Shown one piece after another: positions 11,780-22,447 of a stretch of DNA of 64,000 nucleotides. This DNA comes from an uncultured Candidatus Altimarinota bacterium (lineage in GTDB: Bacteria; Patescibacteriota; Gracilibacteria; BD1-5; UBA6164), in NCBI GenBank assembly GCA_937999345.1, contig CALLBL010000005.1, positions 8,196-72,195 of the forward strand, read 5' to 3'. Within the stretch, counting starts at the first letter, position 1; each line of letters begins with the position of its first letter. The position numbers were made by a program, and so were the translations under genes. The notes below the pieces were generated by a model that was given only the letters and a program-made list of their open reading frames with translations, had not been told where the DNA came from and did no database searches.

Positions 11780-13870
11780 ATGAAATTATTGATTTTCCTT
11801 TCAAGAATCTTATTCTTGGTCTATTACAGAACTATTTTACGAACCTATCTGATGAACAAAAAAACTTTATACCTTACAGCTTCTTTCTTGCTTATTTTTT
11901 GCTCTGCAAATGTATTTGCTCTTTCAACGAGTCAAAAATGACAAATCATAAAGAATTTTGAAAGACTTCAGTATGAAATGATTTTTGAGAGTGATGGAGT
12001 ATTTTTAACTGATAGTGATAGACAAATACTCTCGACTTCAAGAAAGATAAACATATACAGCAGCATAGGTTCAAAGATACAATCAAAAACTGAATATCTA
12101 CAAAAGCAGAGTGAAAAAGTAGTAGATAGAATAGAGTCACTCGAATCAGCTATCGAATGAATAGATGAGAATATAGAGAATATTGTAAAAGAAATTAATA
12201 GGATTAATGCCGAAGTAGTTGAAACCAAATCATCTATAGAGATTAATAAGAAAAAAATCAGTATTCTCAGGAACAAGATCATTCAAAATAGAAATGTCCT
12301 TCTCGAATACATGACGCATCTCTACAAAAAGTGATGATATGTATATGATGAAAATACAAGTGTCGATAATCTCAGGACGATTTTATTGTCATGAGAAGAT
12401 ATGTCATGAGTGATAAATGATATACACTTTAAGTCATTGATACAAATCAGTGGAAAATCTCTCATAGATAAGCATAGAGGATATATCTCAGAGCTTTATA
12501 TCAAAAAAACAGCTCTCGAAAAAGAAGAGCTCAAACTCAAGCAGCTCAGAAAATCATGAGTAATAGAAAAGAAAGTGCTCAATGACAATAAAGAGTTCAA
12601 GGAAAGACTGCTCAATGTAACAAAATGACAAGAAGAGCTTTACCAAAAGTACATCAGTGAAAATCTAGAAAAGCAACAAGAACTCAAAGTAAAAGAACTC
12701 CAAGAGAGAATTAAGTTTAACAATGCAAGAGAATCTCTTCTCGATAGATATAATTGTGATTTTGTAGATGTATCAAGAGAAAAAGAAAAAGCAAAAACGC
12801 TAACTGAGCAGTGTCTCGAACTTAACAAGATTGTATACGCTGAATCGAGACTCAGTTGATTTGGTGACACAAAAAATATCCTTGCTTGGCCAGTTCCTCC
12901 ATTTGGATGAGTAACGGCATATTATCGTGACCAAGGATATACAGATACGTTTTGATCAGCGCATAACGCTATAGATGTCGCAGTTCCTCAATGAACGGAC
13001 ATACTTGCACCAGCTGATGGATACGTCATATTTATTCAACCACCAGTGACAGCTTCTGGATACGCGTATATAGCACTGAAGCATGCATGAGAGCTCGTGA
13101 CTGTACATGGTCATGTGAGTGAAGTCATGGTATGAAAAAATGATTTTGTAAAAAAATGAGAGCCATTTGCAAAGTCAGGTTGATGATATGGGACTCCATG
13201 AGCTTGAGTACTCTCTACATGACCTCACTTGCATATGGAAGTATTTAAGGACAAAGAGTATGAAGACCCATTTAAGTTTCTTGATCTCTCTTATCTTCCA
13301 TTTTCCACTCTACCAGAAAAATATAGGTTTAAATTTTTAGCTGATTTCAAGGAGAGAAAATGATATACATATGAAAAAGGAGAACCAGATGAGAAATCGA
13401 GATGATGAAAAGTATTTAAAATAGAGTGAAATACTGAAGTAGAAAGACAAAAGAACTTTCTCGAAACATATGCAGCTCCTGAGTTTAAAAGCTGGGATTT
13501 ATGGGTAGAGGAAGCTATCGATGGTCAAATTGATCCAACATTTCTGATGTGTCTTGGATTGGCTGAGAGTGGTTTATGAAGAAATCTAAAGACATCATAC
13601 AATGTATGAAATGTTTGAAATACAGATTCTGGATGAACTTACGACTTTCCAAATGCTAGAAGTGGTATTTTCTGGATTACTAAAACACTCAATAATAGGA
13701 TTCTTGGCTGATATACCAAGATAGAAGAGCTGAGTAGATATGGGAATAAAACTGGTTCTATATATGCATCTAGTCCGGATCATTGGCATAACAATATCGT
13801 AAAATGTATGTCCCACGTAAAATGAGAATACGTACCAGATGATTATAATTTTAGAATTACAGAATTATAA
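11780..13870 (+). CDS. Coiled-coil M23 (LytM/EnvC-like) peptidase with extra C-terminal domain
   Basis: WPVPPFGGVTAYYRD...AHNAIDVAVPQGTDILAPADGYV...HGHVSEV...GGGYGTPGAGVLSTGPHLHMEV. Long heptad-like N-region. The alternative start 11852 (MNKKTLYLTASFLLIFCSANVFA) gives a cleaner signal peptide. Confidence 0.85.
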
Positions 13871-13886
13871 AAATATATTAAAAAAT

Positions 13887-13925
13887 AAAGAATATTAGAG
13901 TCTATGCTAATATTCTTTATTTTTT
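13887..13925 (+). terminator. Intrinsic terminator
   Basis: AAAGAATATTAG-loop-CTAATATTCTTT followed by a T-run. Confidence 0.6.
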
Positions 13926-13989
13926 ATCTCATATTTGAAGTTATAGCTGAACTATAGTACCCTTATTATATAGTTACTAATTTACATAT

Positions 13990-14889
13990 ATGAAAAAATA
14001 TATAAGTTTCATCTTCTTGTGATTTATAGTCTCAATATCATCAGTTTTTGCTGCATGAGAAGCTGAAGTAAGTCAAACAACAGACTTTCTTAATACGCTT
14101 TTATCTGTCTTTTCAACACAAGTATTACTCAGGATAATATTCGCTATTTTTGCTATAGTACTGACTTTTATTGTTTCAAAGATTGCAAGAAATAGACTGT
14201 TTTGATATCTAGAGAGATGATCTCTTTGATGAGAGGCAGGAAAAGAAGAACTCATTTGAGTTATCAGCAGGACGGTAAATATAGCAATACTTGCTGTATG
14301 ATTCTCCATTACTCTCTGAATCCTTTGAGTTGATTTAGCTATCTTTATGTGAGGTATATGATTTGGTATAGGTTTTACACTTAAAACATTTCTGACAAAC
14401 TTTATTGCATGAATTATCATGGTGACACAGTGAGTATATCACGTATGAGACCTCATAGAGGTAAATGGAAAAAAGGGAAACATAGCTAAAATTGATTCAC
14501 TCTTTACAGCAGTGAAGCAATTTGATGGAGTATTTTTCTATATACCAAATATCAGATTTTTAGAAGATGATGTAAGAAATTATCATACTTCTGATAAGAG
14601 AAGGGTGGAGATAGATGTACAGGTTGATTACAACACAGATATAGTAAAAGCTAAATCTGTTATAAACAAAGTCCTTGAAAACTTTCCTATCCTCCAAGCA
14701 CCACGTTCTGATATTATTGTTGAAAGCCTAGGGGATAACGGTATATTTCTCAGGGTGAGGTTTTGGATTGGCTCAAAAGACCCTTACTTTACACTCAAAT
14801 CTAATGTTACTGAGACTATTAATCTAGCCTTTAGGCAGTCGGATATCGTTATACCATTCCCACAGGTGACACTGAGTAATAGGAAATAA
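13990..14889 (+). CDS. Small-conductance mechanosensitive channel (MscS family)
   Basis: Signal/TM N-terminus, glycine-rich pore helix GGIGFGIGFTLKTFLTNFIAGIIMV, then GDLIEVNGKKGNIAKIDSLFT...IPN...RRVEIDVQVDYNTD...FLRVRFW beta-domain pattern. Confidence 0.85.
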
Positions 14890-14910
14890 AATTATACAAA
14901 TATCTTATAA

Positions 14911-14940
14911 AAAACTCTCATACTGATGGGAGTTTTTTGT
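14911..14940 (+). terminator. Intrinsic terminator
   Basis: AAAACTCTCAT-ACTG-ATGGGAGTTTT plus a T-run. Confidence 0.7.
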
Positions 14941-14961
14941 ATGTTGAAAATAATTATAATA

Positions 14962-15003
14962 TTTTTATGGAAAAAAGTATTTGATTTTTATGGAAAAAAG
15001 TAT
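14962..15003. repeat. Tandem direct repeat, 2 x 19 nt (TTTTTATGGAAAAAAGTAT) spaced by 4 nt
   Basis: Exact copies at 14962-14980 and 14985-15003 in the intergenic region, about 50 nt upstream of the next ATG. Confidence 0.6.
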
Positions 15004-15050
15004 ATATTTTTTATAGCTATATTTTACCTTGTATAAAGCAATAAATACAT

Positions 15051-15839
15051 ATGATAACTTTTAACAAAATTGTTAACAAACTGTTAAAGAAATGATGAAA
15101 GATAGTGTTTAAAAGTGAGATATTTGAAATCATTGATCCAGAACAAAAACCAGAATATACTTCCTATCTTAATAAATCTATTTATAGATTAAGGTCAGAA
15201 GGTATTATTATTTCCCTCAAGGCATGAGTATATATAGTGCCTGATGACGAAGACAGAAATCTCAATAGAGTAGACCTTATAGATAAATACTATTTAAAAT
15301 TCCTTAAAAAATCTATCACAGCCTATGTGTGATCGAGTTATTATATATCTGGGAATAAATCTCTTGAATTTCACTTGAAGGATTATAGCATTCCTGAAAA
15401 GGTAGTGGTTGTAAACAGGAATCTCAATAAAAAAATAAAGATTTGAGAGTATCAGATTATTTTTAAAACTATATCTGGAAAAGTATCTGGTAAAAAACAA
15501 AATCTATATGCGAGATTATCAGAGTTTGTTGTACTGAGAAATATAGAAGATATGGAATTGAAACTTTCATCTCTAGAGCTCGCTCTCGTAGAATCTGCAC
15601 TTGTATCTGATAGTCTCGGATGACTTGATTTTAATCTACTCAATAAAGCCGTGAAAAAGTATGCAAAAGTACTAGACACAGATATATTTTACGAAATAGG
15701 GAAGATGAAGTTTATTATGTCATTTAATAGGCTCAAAGAGATAGCAAAACACATCGATAGAGACCTGTATAAAGTATTTCTAGATATTATCAAAAAGAAT
15801 GGATGACTCTTTATATGAGAGTGATTGAGAGGCTTTTAA
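15051..15839 (+). CDS. Hypothetical protein with N-terminal winged-helix-like segment (AbiEi-antitoxin-like?)
   Basis: 262-aa table-25 ORF. N-terminal KSIYRLRSEGIIISLKAGVYIV resembles the xxRLxxxGxLxxLxRGxY motif of AbiEi-type proteins. No AbiEii-like partner follows. Confidence 0.5.
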
Positions 15840-15870
15840 TCAATTCTCTCCCTTTCGTTTCACTCAAGTA

Positions 15871-15942
15871 CTCCCTTTGAGAACAAAGGGAGATTTTCAA
15901 TAGGATTTGGTAGCTACTCCTTCCCTTTTAGAAAAGGGAAGG
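15871..15942. repeat. Two GC-rich pyrimidine/purine palindromic hairpins (element family also at about 34.2 kb and 40.0 kb)
   Basis: CTCCCTTTG-AGAA-CAAAGGGAG (15871-15892) and CCTTCCCTTTT-AG-AAAAGGGAAGG (15919-15942). A half-site TCTCTCCCTTTCG lies at 15846. Confidence 0.7.
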
Positions 15943-16033
15943 CTAGGGATGGAATAGAGATTGTGGCAAAATAAAAAGATCTTTTTATTTTTAAAGGACC
16001 TTTTTATTTATGCTAAGAGAGATGAGGTTATTT

Positions 16034-17428
16034 TTAAGCTCTTTTTGATTTGGTAAACATAACTACTCCAAGTCATAGTATCATCGCAAGAAGTAAGAGT
16101 ATCAGCTCTGTTGGACCAGTTTGAACTTTTGTCATATCAGATAGATCTCATTCTATCGATTCTCCGTTTGAAGTATTGGTCATAGCTTTTACGGCAAATT
16201 CACTATATTTGAGTTCATCTCATACGATAGCTATTTCATATCTTGGTTCTACAGTATTATCGATAAGCTCTAGGTTTCAATCATCCATTTTCTTGTATAT
16301 ATTGTAGCTACTTGCTGCTTTGACTTCATTCCAGCTTAGAACTGATTTTGTTTTCAGCATAGTGAGTTTGAGTCCTGTTATGTCTAGATTAGCAGCATTG
16401 AGGTTATTAGATGGTTCAGATATACCATTATCATCTTGTTCTGTGGTAGCTGCATTGAGCTCTACTGATTCTTTTACGGTTATACTTTCTGCTTTGAGTT
16501 TTCTGGTTTCGTGACCAAAATCATCCTTGAGTATTACATCTATATAGTAAAATCATGGTTCACTTGGAGCAGTTGCTACTCAGGTATAGAGTCCATCTTC
16601 TCATTCATCAAGTCATACTATGATATCATTGAGTATAACTTCACTACTTGAGAGGCCAGCACTTGAGTATACTTCTACAGATATCTCAGTTCCAGCATCC
16701 ATTTCTCATGTAGGAGTTATTTTTATTTGTTTTAGCTCTGGAGCATTTGAGTTTACTTTTATCATTATTTCTTCTGTGAAACCAACTACGTTTTCATCAG
16801 AATCGAGTACAAATGCTTGTAGTCTATTTTCTCATTCTACTAAATCTCCTACTTCTTTTTCAAAGATTCCATCATCGTTACTGGTAGTTAGTATTTCTTT
16901 ATCTCAGTTGAGCATGATTCTTACTCTATAGTTTTTACTCGTTCCTCATGATACAGTAACTGAGTTTTTTCCTATAGTGAGTCATTTCTCAGGAGTATAT
17001 ATGCTTATATCTAAATCCTTTACTACTTCTTTTTCTGATATATCTATTTCTACTACTCAGAGGATATTCTCATCATTGAGGTCATATACATGTATATCTT
17101 GAGTTCATTCAGCGCTAAACTTTACTGCATTTTCAAACTTTACTTGTCATTCATCAGATACTTCAAACGTATAACTATTTTCTGAAAGATCGTTAGGGAA
17201 GTCAGCAGATGCGTCACTCTCTGAAAATACCAGAATAGAACCATCATAATCGGTAACCGTTTCACCATTTTTATCTACAGCTGTGATAGTGATATCGAGT
17301 GATTGTCATACCTCTGCAGAATTTTGTCAGAGCACTACTTCAAATCTATCCAGTGCAGCAAAAGTGACTGATGCTTGGAGTGTAAAGAGTAAAACAAAGA
17401 TTTTGCATATATTGAGTAAAGCTTTCAT
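16034..17428 (-). CDS. Secreted surface protein with Ig-like/FN3-like repeats and C-terminal membrane-anchor or sorting signal
   Basis: Signal peptide MKALLNICKIFVLLFTLQASVTFA and beta-rich repeats. SWNEVKAASSYNIYKK is FN3-like. C-terminus KVQTGPTELILLLLAMILGLGVVMFTKSKRA. Scanned the whole span: no in-frame TAA/TAG. Confidence 0.75.
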
Positions 17429-17534
17429 AAACGTCTTATATAACTTATAGATTAAAAGTTTCATAAAGTTAGTTTACTATTAATCGTTTTTATTTTGAAT
17501 TTATTTATACAATTCTTCTTTACAATTATAGTAA

Positions 17535-18575
17535 TTATAGCATTAACTTATTGTTAATTGTTTCAATATCTTTGATTGAGCTAATAACTATCTGCCTATC
17601 TCATGACATATCTATCACGTAGTTTTTGTGTATTTCATCAAGCTCACTGAGTATATCATCTATGAGAATAATAGGAGAATTTCCAGTAATAGTTTCGATG
17701 TACTGGGTTTCTAGAAACTTGATTCAGAGTATGATGCTTTTTACTTCTCATCTTGAGGCAAAAGACACCAGCGGACTCCCATCTACTAAGATATCAAAAT
17801 CATCTCTGTGAGGTCATGTCATAGTTTTTTTGAGGATTATGTCTCTTTTTCTATTTTCTTTGAGATACTTTTCTATATAAGCCTCAGTATTATCCAGATC
17901 TGTTTTCGTGATATAGTGAAATCATATATTTGAAACTTTTCATCAAAATACTTGTTGTAAATTTCAGATATGCTTTTCTAAAAAAGATATAAATTTATTT
18001 CTATAACTATAGATGTCAGAAGCTGCAGAGATAAACTTATTGTCCCAGAAATCTAGCTCAGATTCACTGGATTTTCATTCGTTAATATTTTTTAATACCT
18101 TATTTCTACTTTTAAGAATATTTTTATAGAGTTTGAGAGTTGGTGTATATTTTTCAAACGTATTTCAGAGTACTGTATCGAGAAAATCTCTTCTGAGACT
18201 CGGTGATAGATACATGATGTTCATACTCATCGGATCAAATAGAACCGTTTGTGGATAGGATTCTCTGAGCTTCTTTTTGGTTGTATTTTTACCTTCGAGC
18301 ATGTATTTTTTCTTGGTAGTTTGTTTGTCATATGAAATCGCAAGAGTATTTCACGTAGTTGTTTTTGCTTCTATATACATCACACCAGCATCTTTTGATA
18401 TCAGGCTTTCAAAACCGAGATCTACGATACTAGACTTGCTAAATAAACTAATGGCTTCAAGTATATTAGTTTTTCATTTTCCGTTATCTCCAACGATGAT
18501 ATTTTTTCACTCAAAAAAATGAAACTCCGCATCCGTGAAGTTTCTAAAATTTTTCAGTTTTATAGATTGTATCAT
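17535..18575 (-). CDS. recF: DNA replication and repair protein RecF
   Basis: MIQSIKLKNFRNF...NIIVGDNGKGKTNILEAI (Walker A)...GPHRDDF...ASRGEVKSIILGIKF...PIILIDDILSELD (signature and Walker B). Confidence 0.9.
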
Positions 18576-18597
18576 ATGTATCTATTTTTGTGGGGAA

Positions 18598-18885
18598 CTA
18601 TTTCATGATATTTGGAAGGACGATTTGATCTGATACTACTTTTTGAGGAGAGCAAGCGAGTAGGTCAGTAGGACTTACAGTTTTATCTTGTACTACATCA
18701 TCTCTGAGAGGAGTTCAGACTTGTACTACTGATACGGTTGGTTTTACTCAAGTCGTATCTACTTCTTCTAGCATATCTACATACTTTAGTATTCATTCCA
18801 AATCTTTTACGATTTTCTCATTTGATCATGGAACTTTACTGAGTTTTTCAGCAATCTTTTTTATTTGTTCTTGTTTTCCATTCAT
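18598..18885 (-). CDS. gatC: Asp/Glu-tRNA amidotransferase subunit C
   Basis: 95 aa. KIAEKLSKV...ILKYVDMLEEVDTTGVKPT...PLRDD has the GatC pattern. Confidence 0.8.
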
Positions 18886-18953
18886 TTTTTGATATTATTT
18901 TTTCAAGTATATATTCGTTTTAAAATATATCTTTTAAAAGAAAAAAAGCAAGT

Positions 18954-19289
18954 ATGTCTGCACCAAAAAAAACAAAATGAAAATCGGAGTTTTATAAACA
19001 TGCTCTGGATAATAGATATCATGCTTCTAGGTGGGTATTTATCTTTGCTACACTCATTTTTTTCTTGAATTACCTCTTTGTTTGAGGGAGCTTTTATTAT
19101 AGTATTTCTCTCGCTATTCTACCATACACATATATAGTTTTTATTATTTCTATTATCTTCTTTTTGTTTTTTACTCTCAGAAAGATACTCGACCAAAAAC
19201 TAGCTGAGCCTGTTTTTTACATTATATTTGTAGTTATTGCCTTAGTATTCTCGGCTGCATTACTTCCTTTTATTATGAAACTATGATAA
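18954..19289 (+). CDS. Small membrane protein (111 aa)
   Basis: Three hydrophobic helices. Ends ...MKL-G(TGA)-TAA, and the next gene starts inside that sequence. Confidence 0.55.
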
Positions 19290-19840
19290 AAATATTTCAT
19301 ACTTTTCTAGTGATATCTTGTCTCCTCTTGCTTGGAAGCTGTATAGGATGATCTGATTCTGATAGCTGAGCTTGACTCTCATCCTATAAATGAGATGGTT
19401 TTACTCTCTGAATTCCATCTAACTGGAATATCCTCGATACTTCATCAGGAGTCCTTCCTACTCCGAGCTCATGAGTTATCGCGCTTTCAGTTTCTTCTCC
19501 TACGGTCAATAACTGATTTTCAAATAATCTACTTATCCTCACAGAAGAAACTGATATATGGACAAGCTCGGAAGAGTTTTCAAAAGTCACGCATACTTCT
19601 TCAAAAGAGGATTATTATTTTTACAACTTGAAGTCAGAAAAAGCTATTTCATTTGATGATGAGGGAAGTTCTTCGCTCTATATATTTGAAGCAAAATACA
19701 ATAGAAATACTCCAAACCTGCAGTTTCTACAAACTGGTCGTATATGTGGAAATAAAACCTATCTCATGACTATTGCTGTTTGAACTGCCTGAGATACAGG
19801 GAAGTATGAAAATATCTTAAAGACTTTTGAGTGTAAATAG
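19283..19840 (+). CDS. Lipoprotein (PsbP/DUF1795-like beta-sandwich?)
   Basis: MIKIFHTFLVISCLLLLGSC has a lipobox. Ser/Gly linker, 185 aa. Confidence 0.65.
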
Positions 19841-20005
19841 AACTTGAAAATATATTTTTTCTTATATAATCTTTTTACTCAGATATGATTATCTGATAGT
19901 ATAAATATGTGGTGCCTTGGTAGATAAGTTTCTCTTGCGATGATCAACCAATGTTGAGAGTCGGAAGGAAAGTTACATCGGACTCCATAAAAACATACAT
20001 AATCT

Positions 20006-20079
20006 GGTGCCTTGGTAGAGTGGTTATACACGGGTCTGCAACACCCTTCACAGCGGTTCGAACCCGCTAGGCACCTCCA
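20006..20079 (+). tRNA. tRNA-Cys (anticodon GCA), CCA encoded
   Basis: Acceptor GGTGCCT/AGGCACC, T-arm AGCGG-TTCGAAC-CCGCT, anticodon loop CTGCAAC, discriminator T plus CCA, 74 nt. The weak D-stem is typical of tRNA-Cys. Confidence 0.85.
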
Positions 20080-20098
20080 ATAACAATTATGACTAGTT

Positions 20099-20127
20099 AA
20101 TCCCTTTAAATAGGGATTTTCTATTTT
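20099..20127 (+). terminator. Intrinsic terminator after the tRNA
   Basis: AATCCCT-TTAAAT-AGGGATT followed by a T-rich tract. Confidence 0.5.
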
Positions 20128-20170
20128 AAATTCTAAAATAAGATTCTATATTATAAAATGATTAAATATA

Positions 20171-20199
20171 TTGACAATATAATAATTATTATGTATAAT
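20171..20199 (+). promoter_or_regulatory. Consensus sigma-70-type promoter
   Basis: TTGACA (20171-20176), 17-nt spacer, TATAAT (20194-20199), 34 nt upstream of ATG 20234. Confidence 0.6.
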
Positions 20200-20233
20200 A
20201 CATTTGTATAATTTATTTTGTTATAATAATATT

Positions 20234-21304
20234 ATGGTAAATAACACATCAGATATATCTGAAGTAAGTGTCTTAGAACAAAGAGAATCTCTTCAAGAAA
20301 GGAATCCTGATAAACTAGCCTGAGTTTTTAGCAATCTTTCTCTAGAAAATCAAGAAGGAGGTTTTAAGCTTGTAAATTTAGAAAATGTTCTTTGTTGTTA
20401 TCCAAATCAATTAGAAGACTGACAAATTGATTTATGAGATGATTTTTCTCAGTCAGATATTGTTATTCTTAATATGTGAGCATTAAGAAAATGAGAAATT
20501 GAAGTTATTGCTTGAGATAAAAACAAGCTTCCAAAAGATATGGAAAATCCAGTTCTTTTATCTCCATGAGTTATCGAATACTGGGAATGAAAAAAAAGTA
20601 AAAAGTATGTTCAAACTGTACTGAGAGATGGTTGAAAAATGAATGCTTCAGCATGAATCACTAGTTTGGCAGATGCAAATCAAAGAACGACTACAGCCGG
20701 AAGAAACTTCTCAGGAAAACTTCATGAAGATTTGGATATCGAAAACGCTGAAGAATCACCATTCTTGATGAGAGATGAAGAAGGATTCTTTGTTTTAGTA
20801 ATGCCTGATTTAGAAAATAAACACCATCTTATTTCTTCTATAGAAGGTTTCTTGGAAAATAAATATTTGTCACCAGAGGCTGAAAATTTTAAGGAAGTAA
20901 AAAAGAAATTTGAGAGAAAATTTAAATGAGTGAAGTATGAAAAGTTGGGCCCTATATTAGAATGAATCATTAAGAATGACAGCTTTCAGGCATATGAATA
21001 TCAAGATTGAGATATCAAAGGAATAGATAAGCAAAATATTCAATTAGGAGATGAAAAATGAGACTTTTATATATATCATGATGAAGCAAATAATACTATT
21101 GAATATAGAGCTGTTAGAGAAATTACAGCTTTTCCAGAATGATTAGAACCCGTATGAAAAGTCCCTTTGAGATTATTTCTTGAGAGTCAAAATCAAGATC
21201 CTAGTTTGAAAAGAGTAGATAAGATTTGAAAATATGGGAATCGTTCTATATGATTAGTTCCTACTATGGAAGATGTTGCAAAGAGAGTTTCGGAAACAAT
21301 TTAA
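20234..21304 (+). CDS. Hypothetical protein (356 aa)
   Basis: Whole frame checked codon by codon (about 24 TGA, no TAA/TAG). No recognisable motif. Confidence 0.7.
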
Positions 21305-21364
21305 TATACGTTATACTCTCAAATAGTTCACATAAAACCGTGTACTGTACCTTCAAAAAAAATC

Positions 21365-21388
21365 AAAGACTCCCGAAAGGGAGTCTTT
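21365..21388. terminator. Bidirectional intrinsic terminator
   Basis: AAAGACTCCC-GAAA-GGGAGTCTTT between convergent genes. Confidence 0.75.
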
Positions 21389-21401
21389 TAGTTATAATCA
21401 T

Positions 21402-22046
21402 TTATTGAGATTCACTTAAAATCTTAACTAAAAGCCACATATGAAATAATCTTTCTCAATCTCCACAAATATTATTTTTAAATAGTATTTCTGCCTCAGA
21501 GACTTTGAAGTCAGCTTTTTCCAGCTCAGCAATCTTTTTAAGGACATCCGATTGATAATATTGGCCATTTCTGTATATTTCTCAATTAACCAATCTTTCT
21601 CAGGCATTATATGCATTGATGATAGCTTGTTTTTCTAATTCATTAAGTTTTCTTCAAAGGCAATCAATTGATTCGGCTTTTAACAATCTATTTTCATTAT
21701 CTAGAGAAGAATCTAATATATCTAGAATAGCCTTTGAGATATCGACATCTTCTGATTTCTCATTTAGATATTTTTTTGCTATATCATCAAGTATGAAAAT
21801 GGATTTTAATATATTTCCTTTATTTTCTCAGGTAGCTGTCGATAACAAATTAATTATGTCTTCAATAAAATCATCAAATTTAGGCTCATATTTTCTATAG
21901 TGAGCTACATCAATCTGAAATTTATCATTATTTCAACGATATAATTCATTTAAGAATGCATCTTTCCAATATTCTTTTTTTTCATTCTGACTTAATTCAT
22001 GATAACTAGCTCATTTTTCTGAGATAGTATTCTTTATATGTTTCAT
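21402..22046 (-). CDS. Hypothetical protein D2 (214 aa), last gene of the operon; its C-terminus shares a ~50-aa module with the 837-aa protein
   Basis: Every codon mapped. C-terminal KQAIINAYNAGERLVNG...SDVLKKIAELEKADFKVSEAEILFKNNICG. Confidence 0.65.
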
Positions 22047-22053
22047 AATTGTT

Positions 22054-22446
22054 TTATTCTGAGAGTATGTTATTTGTCTTTTTTGCTCATTTTTCTATCT
22101 CATCTATAGTATCGGAATATATTCTATTTATAATAGATTCATTTTTTATGATGAATGTATTATTTTTATAGTTTTTTATTATATCTGCATCTTTTAATCT
22201 TGCTCATGCCCTTAATGATTTATGATCATAGATTCATACCCAAGTATCAAAATTAAAATTTTCTTCTGATAATTCTTTAACTTCATGAACCTCCATATGT
22301 GTTCATTTATTTTTAAATATCTCAAAAATAAATTTACCATCGCTAGTTATACATACATCTAAAATTTCACTATAGTTTAAGAATATATGAAATCAATTAT
22401 TTAATGATTCCTTTAGTGATTCAGATATTTTATTAATTTCTACCAT
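22054..22446 (-). CDS. Hypothetical protein D1 (130 aa)
   Basis: Every codon mapped. ATG lies 1 nt after the stop of the HD gene. Ends TAA 22054-22056, just past an A6 tract. Confidence 0.6.
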
Positions 22447-22447
22447 T

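Noticed and set aside
21402-22446. Single 343-aa ORF spanning D1 and D2 (my first reading)
   Set aside because: Recounting shows six, not five, A residues at 22079-22084. This puts the two halves in different frames with a TAA at 22054-22056. Kept as two genes, and the junction is flagged as a finding.
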